The position numbers and the translations under genes are program-made. Shown here piece by piece: positions 50,157 through 63,366 of a DNA stretch of 64,000 bases. This DNA comes from Antedon mediterranea (lineage: Eukaryota > Animalia > Echinodermata). Location of the stretch: assembly GCF_964355755.1 (NCBI RefSeq), contig NC_092677.1, forward strand, positions 4,362,101 to 4,426,100, in the 5' to 3' direction. The notes under the pieces are model-generated. The model had not been told where the DNA came from and did not search any database. It saw only the letters and a list, made by a program, of their open reading frames with translations. Each line of letters begins with the position of its first letter. The first letter of the stretch is position 1.

Positions 50157-53100
50157 ATGGCTCAAGAAGAAGAGGAAACTGTACTTGGAATAAGTCGAAA
50201 TTTCGGAGAAAACACTTCTTCACATGGTATACCACGGATAGTAGCGTCAAAATCGTATTTTGGAAAGATCTTCTGGAGTTGTTTGTATGTTGCTTCTCTA
50301 GTGGCGTTCTCTTGGCAGGCCTATGTCCTCATCGATACATACTTCAAGTTTGAAGTTTCTATCAAAGTAAGTTAAGAACGTATCTATCATTTAATTTTAC
50401 AAAGAAAATTTAAGAAAACAAGCTTACTGATGGCTACACAAATCATTCCAATCAAAGAATGTTTATATTTTTATAACTAATTTAGAAATCACATCCACAC
50501 GGCCAATCGTAGACTTTTCGATGTTTGTCTGAAATAAAAGCTCAAGTAGTATACGTATGAAACGCCATATGTGCCAAAATATTAATCTTTTTACTAATAA
50601 TTAAGTCAAAAGGCCTCGTTAAAAGTGATTAGGAATTAAATTGTAACTTTTGACTTACAGTATTTCCATTTTTGTTTAAACTAATATAGCAATTACCGAA
50701 AATTAGGCATAATGAAAATAATAATTATATTATAAAAAATTAATAAAACGAATATTTCTTGCTTTGCTTTTATTTATTTTTGTCAGTACGTCGTTGAAAA
50801 CTCAGACGCCAGACCCTTGCAATTTCCCGCCGTTACCTTATGCAATACGAATCAAGTTCGCCGGTCCATTTTGGCGTTACGTCATGAGTATGAGATACTA
50901 TCGTCCATTGAAGACTACACAAATGGTTTACTGTATTATGGTAAAATATTTTGCGTCAATATAATATTTATTCCATGTTTTTTTTGCCCAACTAACGTTT
51001 ACTATCTTAGATGGATACCATCGAGATCACTTATTATAGACAATGGAAAAAAACTGCTTTTGTAGGTTTTTTATCAGTGTCTTTGTTCAATTCTATCAAT
51101 ACTAGTTCACACTTTCATATGACCCCTTTCCCTGCTACCTTTAAGGACCTAATAACTTATTTCAAATTCATCCCATAAAAAGAGCATGAGCGAATGCATC
51201 ATCCCTAATGGATAAGACTTCTTTTCTTCACATTAAAGTATATTTTTGTCTTAAATGTTTCTGCAGCTCCGTGCAAGGCTGGAGATTTTAATTGTGAGAA
51301 CAATAAGTGTGTTAAAGGCTACAGAGTGTGCAACGGTATTGATGATTGTGGTGATAAGTCAGATGAACAAGACTGTCAATCTGGTAAGTATTGGAATCTT
51401 TATCAACCCGTAAAATAATGGAACGCGTGAGTATTATATTTTAAAATTTAGTAATAATTATCTTCTGTGATGGCGCTAGTTACACTCCGTTATGCGTGAG
51501 TAATTATGAATGACATAATGCGCGCATAAAGCATGTCATAACAGACGTTAGCGGTTTTCTGTTATACAGTCGTACGACAGCCACGTCGTTTTCAGTCGCG
51601 TGGACGCGACTCTATAGTTCACTATGTCGGTCGGTCGGTATGTCTGTCGGTCCGGTATCACTATGCATTGTAGCACGCGACTTAATGGCTGTTGGCCTTG
51701 TTGAGTAACAATCTACTCGATCGGTTTCCTGTAAAAACTAACTTTCTTACAATAAATCGTCGTAGTCGTAACAAAACTGGTGTTCTTACGTAGAGAAGAA
51801 ACCAGGCTTAAACGGGCATATAGGAAGTTAAGATTATTTTCGATTTAATCCATTGCGAATTCAGGTAAATGCGTCATGCTTGGTAAAAGACAATGTGTAC
51901 GACGAATGCATTTAGCTGAGTATCGTTGTTTTCTGCTTTTGTCAGAAGAGTATAGACCAACATAATATTCCATTACTAATCATTATTATATTTATTTTGC
52001 ATAAATATTATACATTTTATTATATACAGTTCCGTGTCGATCTGGGTATAAGAGGTGTCAAATGGGAGGAGATTTCGGCTATTGTATTAGCGAAGACAGA
52101 TGGTGTGACAGAAATATAGATTGTTACGATGGAGAAGACGAAGATTGTTCAGCGAATGACAGTGAGTAACATTAAGTTGAAGAAAATTAAATTAGGCCTA
52201 CCCAACTTAATTAACATATTCGTCCTTAAAATCAGAATAACAATAGAATATATATTAGGAAGAAGTATAAAAATCATTGTATTGATCATTTGAAAATGAA
52301 ATGAATAAAAGTAGCGGTTAAGGCCACAAAAGAGAGAAAAAAAAAACATTCATTACCGTACGAAGTATTTTGAGGAAAACAACTTGTGCATGCGCACTAA
52401 TCTTGTCAGACATACAATACTCGCACATGTGTACTAATCAGCCACATTTTAAAGTCACGCCCATAGTCATAGCCCAAAGTATGAGTTGAAAAGTTTCCAT
52501 GCAGCGGCAAATTGGACTTGGAAGCCCGTTTTTTTTTTTCATATTTTTTCATCTACGATAAGAGTTCATGAAATGTGCGCGAATATATTCGATTAGTTAA
52601 AAAACAGAAGACTTTATGCATTTATTTCAGTTAAGTGCAAGGACGATGAATTTTCATGTAAAAGCGGAGTAGAGACGTCTTTTGAAACTGCCTATGTTGA
52701 AAAATATGGGACTAAGTATTGCATTAGTGCCAAGCTAAAATGTGATGGTATTAAACACTGTGAGAATAATGCTGATGAAGCAAATTGTCCAGGTGATGTA
52801 ATAAAGTTTTTTCTTGGTAATTTGTGTATGTTTAAAGTAGCGGTATTTATTTTCATATTAATAGCGCTTTTGTATAAATGCACCGAAAGCAAACCATAGC
52901 CATACAATCCATACTACTTTACATTTAATGTATGCCTCCTCAACATAACCCAGGACCTCCTTGTATGGGAAAAAAAGTTCTTGGGACAGAGGTGTAAGTA
53001 GTAGGCCTAAATTAACATGTCACTGTCAATCTAGTACAAATTGATACTCGTTGTTTTGTAGCTGGGAAATGTAATGAGACTGACTTTTCATGCGGAGATG

Positions 53101-56100
53101 GCTTTTGCATCCCGAATGAGTATAAGTGCGACGGGTTTTGCGACTGCACAACAGACTGCAGGGACGAGTCTTCAGACATAGTTTGTGCATTTACGTGCAC
53201 GAATGGTAAACAAATTCAACAAGAGGAAAGGTGTGATTATAAAAACCAATGCGGTGATAACAGTGATGAAGAAGGATGTACAGAATTTCATAGTACAGTT
53301 ATTTTAATTTTTGTCAAAACATTTATTTACTGACTGTGAAAAAAAAAACACACAATAATAAATTGATTTAGACCTACGACTAATTCTTTGATCAATATCA
53401 ATAATTGTCACCGGCGCATTTCTAACGAATAAGCCTACACACAATTTCAAATATTTTCCAGAAAGAATAATCTTTAATTGCTTTAGTAGGTTTAAGTTAG
53501 CCTACTTAAGTAATATTTGTTTTCACATAAATTACAAAGTATAAAATTAAAGTAACGACTTTTAAGAAGTGTTATTTTCTTTCTCTCTACAGGTTGCACT
53601 GGATTTCAGTGTGATAATAAGCAGTGTATTGACAAGGCTTACATTTGTAACGATATAGAAGACTGTTATGATTATAGTGATGAACGTTCATGTAAGTTAT
53701 TTTTAATCTGTTAGCCTGTGTGTCCTATGACTGTGTTAAACATGTAATGACAAATGTGTTTGTTTCATTTATTTTTTCTCAACATTATGCTTCATTTGGT
53801 TTTAGGTAATTGCTCAAGATTTCCTTGTAATAACGATAAATGTGTTAACATCTACGCTGATTGTAACGGATTAGACGAATGCGGGGATGGCTCTGATGAA
53901 ATGTTTTGTAATGACACAGGTGACTGTAGAAGTGTTTCTAAACAAATTTGGTAATCAAACTCCTCCCTCAACAGCCCTAATCTAACTGGGCTCTAAACCA
54001 ACTCGGCCCAAGTAGTTTCAGCCCCGTAAGTCCATCTTCAAATCAACTCGTCTCAAGTCAACTCAACTCCAAGTTAGAGTGGCCCCATTACCCAATCAGT
54101 CAACTAGTTCCTAATAAAGTAACAGTAACAATACTGTTTGAAGCAAACTATTAAACACTATTCAACAGTTGTGACAACGTGTTGAATCACAGCGTTGACA
54201 AATGATGCAGATAAGATAGATTTAAGTTAATATGCCTATGTTTATTATGTTATGTAATTAGTATTGTTTTTTTATAGGAAGTAATTATCAAACACACGAT
54301 CCTTCAAATTGGACAGATGACTGGTATTTCCAATACGCAGACAAATTAGACATAAGTTCTGATACGTTTCTGCTTGAGACAGCAGTAAAATTATTTAAGG
54401 AGTACTTTAAAGATTGGGGATTTGAGAGAGTTTCAGGAGAGTTTCCACCTGACTGGATTAGATTCCTTTTCTTCAGTAGCACGGCAGACTACAGCGATCT
54501 ACAGAATGTTCTAAAACTTACCCAAGAGGAATTATCGGAACTAGGACATCAGGCTCACCAGATGATTTTACAGTGTGTTTATGCTGGTACGAAGTGTGAT
54601 ATTGAAAAGTACGTGAAAATGGTTTGACAGTTTTATTTAGGATAATATTAAATAGTTAATATAAAACAAATCCTAAATTATCTCTGTTTCTGTTTTATTT
54701 TCCATCTTTCAAGTTAGAATCATTTAAATGAAAAGTATGACCAAAATAGCAAAGCAACTACTGTAGATGCCCACAGGAAAAATCGGAAACAAAAATGGAA
54801 GTGGGAATAGACCGTCCTTACCTGCACACGTTTTTTTTTTCATTCAGTTAGGTGTCACAAATTAATTTAAGCTTATTTGGTTTCAGGGATTTTCACCTAT
54901 TTCAACATGACAAATACGGTAACTGCTACACATTTAACAGTCATAAGAAGGAAAATGCGACAAAATACGATGTATCACAACCAGGTGCCGAAAAAGGTAA
55001 GTTGGTAACCGATTGTAAGAATCCAAACACAGATTTGAGAAAGATCCGAAGTATTTCAAAATATAAACAAACATAGCATTATATTCGATTCGTAATTTGA
55101 ATATCTTTTTACCTATATTTACATTTTGTTAATCAAGGTTTAAAGCTAACGCTGTACACAGAACAACATGAGTACGTTAGTATCTTTGGACAAGAGAGTG
55201 GCATCAAAGTGTCGGTGCATAATCAGTTTGAAACACCGTTTCCAGAAGAAAATGCCATTACCGTCTCACCAGGCAGAGCTACGTCATTAGGCATAAAAAA
55301 GGTAAACGTCAATGCAATCATTTTTCTTATCATTGAGAGATGTTTTCAATGCAATTGATGAAGAAGCTCTTTGACATGATCTACGCTTGCTTTGCTTCGT
55401 TGGTTGCAAAGTAACTAGTTCCTTATGTCTTAGGTTTTTGAAAATCAATAGTTCCCCATATCACGATCGTTTTAATCGAAACGTATATTCTGAAATGTAT
55501 ACAATGTTTTATTTGCAGCACGAACTGATTCGGAAAGGCCAGCCGTATGGTAACTGTACAAGTGAAAATGCAACAGTGAAGAACTTTATTTACAAGGGAG
55601 ACACAGTGTACACAGCTACTGTAAATAACAATGATGTCATTCATGTTTATTTTACTCCATGAATTGATTTAAAAATTGAAAGGTTTCCATGTATTGTCTG
55701 TTTGGACATTGCTCTGTATTCAAATTATTCCTAATCAGCAGATCCATGTTAAAAATATAAATATTATCATCATTATCATATAATTGCTGTAATGGTAGGT
55801 CTACGTCATGATCAATTCTTTCCTATTTAGTATCTATTAACCCAATCATTATTTCATTTTTTATCTTCTATAGGCTTGCCAAAAATCGTGTTTACAACTA
55901 AAGTTACTAGAAGTTTGCGACTGTGTGGACACATTGCGTTATAATGGTTCCCAGCGTTGCCAACTACTGGATCTTGAACAAGGCTAGTTTAACCAAATGA
56001 ACACACAACATTAGCAAACATTGAAGCCACTGCTGCCGCGAACAAAATATTCTTTCTTTAATTCTTTTCGTAATTTTTATTCAGCCAAAATAAATATTTA

Positions 56101-57393
56101 ACATGTAGGCTATACTACAAAAAGTGATTTTACTGATTAAGCGAAAACTCAAGGGACAATAATTCGCAGATGTGGACAATGAAAATACGAATACACATAT
56201 GTACATAGGCTAAACCAGCCTAGCTTTACTTACAAGATCTATTCACTCATTTTAGAAGTACATTATTTGTACCTTTAAACTGAGTGAATAGATCTTGTGA
56301 GTAAAGCTAAAAGCTAAACATTTGCATAGACCTATATCATTGCAACATTATTTCTAAAAGCTCAACATATTCCATTAGTACGCATCACAACATTAATATA
56401 AGGCGTACAACATACTGGATTCAATTTACCCGTAATTGCAGTGAAATATTATATTTCTAAAGCCTATACTTTTTTTTACCAATTAGAACGTTGCCGCCAA
56501 TTTGTGAATTTTCTTCATTCTCAATATTTAATAAAATGTGATTGTCCAGTTGCTTGTCGGTAAGTTAATGTATCTTTCTAAAACTGAAACTAAATTCGCT
56601 TCTTGACTGGACTGGTAACATGTATGGTAAATTATTGTGTTAAGTTATAACAAATTAAACAAAACCATTGTATTGGTGGAAAGTCATGGACTATTATGTT
56701 GTGACGTCTTCTTGTAACAAAAGAATAATTTCTATTTTTTTGTTTTTAGTGAAATTACATATGAAAAGACCGTATCACAATCACTTTGGCCTTCTGATAG
56801 ATATGTGGTAAGTTTGCTGGTACGGTGAAGGAACTGAGAACTCGTGCCAAGGATTTAATAATAATTATAAGATTATAACATTACAAATAATAATAATAAT
56901 ATTTATTCGGCAAAAGTTCATGTGTGTAAACAGAAGAAATCTTGCTCGTCTGAACGTGTATTATGAGGATCTTTCGTACGTCTCCATATCCGAACTCCCT
57001 GCTTATACAGTAAGTATACACAGACACGTCTAGTTAGTGTTACTTTCAAGGACCTTTTGGAAGTCAATAATATCACAAAAAAATCGATCAAAAATTCCGA
57101 ACCTTTAACTTCAATCATCCTATATGCCTATTTTGTGAAAAATCGAGATTGAGTGAGAAAATTGACCCGGTGATAAAATAATCCGATATTTCAACGTAAT
57201 TTACTTTATAACCAATTTTTCTGAATTTCAGTGGCAAAGCCTCTTCGGTGACGTAGGAGGAACTCTAGGGCTGTATATTGGTCTTTCATTGCTAACTGTT
57301 GTCGAATTCTGCGAATTCTTCATTGATATTCTTCTTTATTGTTGTAACAAAATGATGAAGAGGAACAAAGTACAAAGTATACCGGGCATGTAG
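50157..57393 (+). pseudogene. LDLa-DEG/ENaC copy B', lacking exon 16 (probable pseudogene)
   Basis: Nearly identical to B from the ATG at 50157 to exon 15. The 74-bp exon 16 and about 410 bp around it are replaced by about 35 bp of filler (56885-56919). Joining exon 15 (phase 0) to exon 17 (56934) shifts the frame and reaches TGA before TM2. Exon 18 ends at 57393. Confidence 0.85.
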
Positions 57394-57568
57394 TTTATAA
57401 GATGCAACCCGGGAAGAATTGTAATTTAACTCTTCCCTGATGCAACACAATTTCCCATTTTTGTGTATATATGGCCCAAGACTTAATTATATATTATGAC
57501 GAGTAAATTATAGTTTATACGCAACAAGCACGTTTTTGTTGTTGCGTCTAGGTAGATTTCAAGGTAGT

Positions 57569-57829
57569 AGGGAGGTTTCGCAACCTTACGAATACGATAA
57601 CGAAAACGGATACGTCATACATTTGTGAAACTTTTGAGCTGATCCCCATTTCATATTCGTAAAGCGTATTCGTGTTGACGAATATCACCAATCATATTCG
57701 TAACTACAAAACGAGTATAGTTTTTGATCTATTTTGCACATTTTGCATTTGAATCAGGAATGATTCATGTCAATTTGATAAATAGCACTTTTTAAAGTCC
57801 TCACTCGCTTTGATGTTACGCTAGGCCTA
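57569..57829. mobile_element. Left half of the about 496-bp MITE, interrupted by the Academ element
   Basis: Matches 27523 onward, with an internal deletion of about 60 bp between CATG repeats at about 57766, until ...GCTAGGCCTA. Confidence 0.85.
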
Positions 57830-57999
57830 TAGTGGAGTCTGTTAGGGATATTTTGGTTCACTTTTTTCCAAAAGCACCAAATTTGGTATACAGGTAACCC
57901 ACCCTATACTAATTCAATTTTTTATGGGCGCCAAGCGAAATGACCCCTTGGGTCACCTAATTTGCATAATTTAAAATGGCGGACAGTTTCGCTCAAACA

Positions 58000-58600
58000 C
58001 TCTATATCTCTGAAAATACTGGTCACAGAGAGTTGATTTTAAGTTCAAAATGTTCAGAACATAAACATTCCTATTTGCTCTAATTAAGTTATTTTTATAA
58101 AAATGACCGGAAGTACCATTTTTAACCTTTGACCCATTTTTTATGGCATTGCCATATCTCAATAACGAGTTGTCGTAGAGACTTTATTTTGGTGTCAAAT
58201 TGTTCAGAATATATATGTTACTATTTAGTTTAATGGAACATTTAATCAAAAAATGACCGGAAGTACGTAATTTTGCCTTTGACCTTTATGGTGTATATTA
58301 CAATTGCTAACTAAATCAATGTTAACATATTTCTCGATATCTCTAAAATTACTTGTCATAGAGAGTTGATTTAGGTTTCAAAATGTTCATAGCATAAACA
58401 TTTCTATTGGCTATAATGAAGGTTTTTTTCAAATAATGATCAGAAATATTACATTTGACCTTTGACCTGTTTTTCCAGACATTACCATATCTCATTATTA
58501 AGTTGAGTGGAAATTTCATTTTGGTGTCAAATTGTTCAGAAAGTGTATGTTTCTATTCACTCTAAAAAAAAATTTGATCAAAAAACTTAACCAGAAATAA
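58000..58600. repeat. Four degenerate subterminal repeats of about 150-180 bp in the Academ left arm
   Basis: The motif order ATATCTC..GTC(A/G)NAGAGA..TCAAANTGTTCAGAA..CTATT..AAATGACCGGAAGTA..TTTGACC recurs at about 58005, 58154, 58337 and 58487. Confidence 0.75.
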
Positions 58601-58695
58601 TTCTTTTCACCTTGAAGTTCAAACATGAAATTTATAACCACCTCGGTAAAGATTCTATTCTATAAAAATAGAACACTACCTTGAGTTTCAACATT

Positions 58696-61600
58696 TTAGG
58701 CATTATGAGATTCATAATTACTACATCCACCTTCACACTTGCACAAACTTGTACATCTGACACCAGCACGAGAACATTTACACCTCCCAGCGCAAGTCTT
58801 GAGGCAGCCGCAGTGCATAAGTACAGCACATGCCACAGAAGCGTCAGTAAGTGTGGTCCACAGTGGCTTCCAGTTGTTTGAGTCATCTCTCTGCCAGCCC
58901 CACTCACCGAAGTCAGGGATGTTCTGATGAGCTATGATTGCTTGACTCCAATAAAAACTTGCTTGCAGTAACGCTCTCTTTACATGCTGGAATAATGCAG
59001 CTTGAGTTGGTGGTAGTTTTTCTAACGATTTTCTGCCAGTTATAAACATATGATGCCTAGCTTCATTAACCTTTGAAAAGCCACACCCTTTATTGTACAT
59101 AAGAACAATAAATCGTTCGATATCTCTCATGTGTTCGGATTCAATATCAAATGACAAAGGATGGTTGATGAGTTCTACAAGTGTCTTTGTTATAGTGGAT
59201 GTACTATTCCATGTTGACCAGGCAGTTTTCTTACCAATCCCAAGAAACTGTGAAGTTGTGTCGCATCCAGTTAGACTGTGAAAAAGCGGTAATGCAACAC
59301 ATCTTGTTGGCCCAAGATTTAAAAAGATGGTATGAACAGGAATATCACGATAATGCTTTCCTGTTCCAAAGCCAACCCAAAGTTCCTTGAATTTAAGGGT
59401 CTCAAAAAAGTGAATTGCCAGGATCACAACATCACTATCCACTGTACGAATATACGCTGTAAAATGACCTTCTTTTGCTGCATGTGACAGATGTAAGATA
59501 ATCCTGGTGTCTGCCTCAGAATGGTTACATGACTGAAGAGATGATACATCACACTCTCTATTTGAAAGAACGGCATCAAAGCGATTACTTATAAGAAGTT
59601 TCCCACACATGTCATTTTGAACTATTTGTTCACTGATGAAGGGGAACAATTCCTTCTTGTTTTCTTCATTCTTTAGAAATCCATTCCAGTCTTGTTTTGG
59701 AATTTTTGTGTTTCCATCACCAACTTTTGTTCGAGAACCATTTCCACGTCGCTGTTGCGTCAACAATTTAAGGTTGTTACATTCTGGGTAATTGTCCCAT
59801 ACTGCATCCATTCGTTGAGTATCTCTCTTTAATTGGGCCTTTAAGAATGGTATGATGTTGTACTTCACATACTCATTGAAAGTATTGACATTTGTGGGAC
59901 GTACCATATGGACTACTGCTGCCATATCAAGAACCACAACTGATGTTTTTATAACATCAGGAGGTTGGCAGATGGTAGATTTATCAAGACACTGAAGAAT
60001 GTCTGATTTCGTCCCAGACCTAAGTAATCCTTGGTCCGCCAAGCTTGGTGGCTCTCTAAGATTTTCAAATTTAAAAAATTCAGCCATGTCAACATCTGGA
60101 CGAGATTGGATGGACAGGAAAAGTTGCGTTACTAATGACATATTATGCTTTAGTATCCCCTTGTCATTATTGCCTTTTTTTTTCTTGATGTTTGGTCGAT
60201 TAGCAAAGGTTAAAATGTTATTACGTTTGATCGTATCGGTAACTGGTACTGTTGCCTTTTCTAGTCGTTCAGTAACATACGTGTTATAAAGAGATTGGCC
60301 AGTTTCACGTATTTTGGAGAGAGATCTGACAACTGCACTTTCCATGACACTGTGAGTATCAAGTGCATAGAGTTCGTGACTTGTTTCACAGAACGGATTG
60401 TTGAGCTCTTCCACCACCTTAACAAACGAAATTACATCATTTCGAAACATTACTTGAAAGCTGTGTCCTTCCACATGATGAGCATTGGAAACTGATGAAC
60501 TGATGTCTGTTTCGAACTCCTTAACAATCCGTGAACAGTCTGGTCCAGTCAACATAAACAGGGTAAGATTGTCAGGGTTCTCGTAAAGACCAACTGCTCC
60601 ACCATGTTCCTGAAGTCTTCTGTTTGACTGTTCATGAGATTGGTCCTTGGCAATGAGGCTAAACTTTTTTGCTGATTTTTGCACAACAAAGTTTCCCTTC
60701 ATAAACTCTGCATAAATGGCCGGGTGAGTATCTGGTAAAGTAACCATGTCACGTACATGAACTGGAAGCCAACGAGCATAGTTCACATGGTCAAGGACAT
60801 GGAACCAACCACAGAGTTCATCACAAGATTGAACATATAACTCAAAATTTCCCTCTCGAAGAGAACGTATAAAGCGGGCCATCATTAGTTCTAGATCCAT
60901 TATCATCGACCAAAATTGAAATTGAGGCACAGAATCTGAATTTCGACGATTCCACATTTCGAATGGCTCAGTTGGGCCCACTACAGCGGTGCTGTATTTT
61001 GTGTATGCAGTTTGTTTCAGAAGGTAAAGTGACATTAGTGTTACTTGATGCGCATACCTAGTACGTTTGATTTTATGTTCATTGAGCACAGATTCTGCAC
61101 GCCCAGATGTTAAAACTTCTGCCTGAGAAAGGACCGTTGCCCATCCTGAATCGCGGAGCAGCTTTCCTATCATAAGATGCATCTTGTCTTCAATGTGCAA
61201 TGCACCCATCATAGCAACCAACTTGCTTTCTCCTAAAGTATCAGGATATTGCCACTGAATTCGTTTTATGATCGCATACAGTGGCTGATCAGCACCAAGT
61301 ACAGATGTCTGACCCTGGTTTATAAACTTGGTACTTTTCATTGTCAATTCCATTGCGTGTTTCATTGAAGATGCACACGCAGCCTTATTTGGAAAGAGAG
61401 GGTATATACCGATCTCGGCAGGTGGTTTTACCGATTCTTCACTTGCCATCCTTGAATTATATCCCGACCAAGTGATAATATCAGAATTTGTAAGTGTTTC
61501 CTTCTTTAAAACACCCATGGTATGTGCCATCCAAACTTCATCTTTAACTTTAGCACCGTGTAAATTGTGTTGAGGTCTGCATCTTCTACTATCATCATAT

Positions 61601-63366
61601 AATGATGCAAATACATTTGCATTTGTGAGATGAATTGGAGTATGTATTACATAGTCATCTGGTAGTTGAGGTTTCTTTGTGTCTATTGGATTGATACATA
61701 TAGGTGGACGTTTCTTTCCTTGATTGTCATGAGAAAGATGGTTCGTAACACTGAGGGCATATCCATGAAACTCATCTTGTGAGAAGTTTCCTTGTGCTTT
61801 GCTATCTATATTATCTACATCGTGTGTGCTGAATACATTGAGACGAATGTTGGTAGGCAAAACTACCCCATCCTGAAAAAAAGTTAATGATTAATGTTTA
61901 AAAGCGGCCTAGTAATTACATTATACAGTATTGGATTTATTATACATTAAAAACATACATATAAAACATACATATAAAACACTGATAGAATTTACCTTAG
62001 CATGGCGAGCACAAACTGCACGTGCAATGTCTTTTTTCACTTCCATTATGCGACTATATGATACTGAAAGACCATGTGCATGATCAATATCGATCTGCTT
62101 TCTGTTTCTTCCTTGACCGTGTAGTTTAAGTCCGTGATATAAAGGAAAGGGCGTTTCTCTTTCCTTATTGTGTCGTATTTCAGCAACTTTGCATATGTGA
62201 TGCGTACCTTTGCTAGCATTAAATATTAATAACTGCGAAATATTGCGTGCAATCTTCTGCCTTTTATTTACATTTACTCCATCCTCGTTTCTTTGAAGAG
62301 GATCTGGGCCCTGAAGTACTATATTGAGAAAACTCATCAGCTCTTCACTTACAGCAACTGTTTGGCAATCAGAAGAGAAGGAGCCATTGAAGGGCGGCTG
62401 GTCCCGCAAACAAAGATTGTGCATTATTACAGCAGCCCTCATCAACGTTAAAGCATCTTCTTGACATAACTGTGACTTAAATGCTTTTTTAAGTTCCTCC
62501 ACTACTTTTGAATTATTAGATATGAAGATATCTTTTCTACCATATTTTTGTGTAGAGAATTCTTTCCATTCAGGAAGAAAGCTGAGAAGGTGGTCTTTAA
62601 ATCTGGTTGCATGTGGATCCTTTTTATTTCGACATGGGTGTCCATTATCACACATTAGCTTCTGATAAATTTCACGCAGCTCTGAAAGCTTAAATACTGT
62701 ACTTTTTGCATTTTCGATCATGGTTACAATTTGAGCACATATTATAGAATCAAATGGTAAAATTATTGCAGGTGAAACATCTTTCGATCGCTCAGTAGCC
62801 CGGGCAGAATCTCTTAATTGTGTATAACACTGACGATGGTAATAAAAATCAGCTGCATGGGCGTCAGAAGCTACAGTTAGTCTACCAAGTAACTGGACAT
62901 TTTTATTAATTTTTGCCCAACACTTTAGATTAACATCAACAGCATCTGTTTCCACCTTATGAAGGTTGGTTGGAGATTTCTCCTCGCAGATTACACAGCA
63001 TATTCCTACAGTCAAATAATCTGATGATCGAAGTTTCTTTGGACTACTATGTGTTGTAATACTAGCGTCATTGTTTAGCTTGCTACTTGCCCGCTTGACA
63101 CGTGAGCTGCTAACAAAGCTTCTGCACATTTTATGATACTTTGCTTTATGTATTTTTAAAGTTTCTGCAATACCTGACCCATCATCTAACTGACTAAGTG
63201 TCACATTGATACCAGCAGGAAATGTATTTGGGTTTATCTGACTTAAATTGTTTATATCTTTCTCTAGTGATAACATTCCATTTTCAGTCGGTGTTTGTAA
63301 AGGTTGTTTATTTTTTTGTTGACAAAGGCAACAGAGATCCCAATTCAAATTGTTGGTAGAAGACAT
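58696..63366 (-). CDS. Academ transposase (DDE-type core, XPG/FEN-like nuclease, C-terminal Cys8/CXC-like finger), 2 exons, about 1515 aa
   Basis: Exon 1 63366-61996 and exon 2 61872-58696, joined by a 123-bp phase-0 GT-AG intron (HAK|DGVVLPT), with no stops. Motifs: CCLCQ, YHKMC, CVIC, YHRQC, DVDNID, ADQPLY, MGALHIE, DHVNYARW, DQSHEQ; nuclease-type VLDM, WDNY, HSEADTR, TVDSDV, LTGCDTTSQFLGIGKKTAW; and CGCLKTCAGRCKCSRAGVRCTSLCKC. Confidence 0.88.

Larger units (their letters stand above)
37102..57829 (+). repeat. Segmental duplication unit 2 (spacer + A' + B'), interrupted by the Academ insertion
   Basis: Colinear with 6275-27830. Similarity stops abruptly at ...CTAGGCCTA|TAGTGG (57829/57830). 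Confidence 0.95.

Noticed and set aside
58696-58830. Host tesmin/LIN54 or XPG/FEN1 repair gene
   Set aside because: The Cys-rich and nuclease motifs are parts of one long ORF between long inverted arms inserted into a MITE, which fits an Academ transposase.
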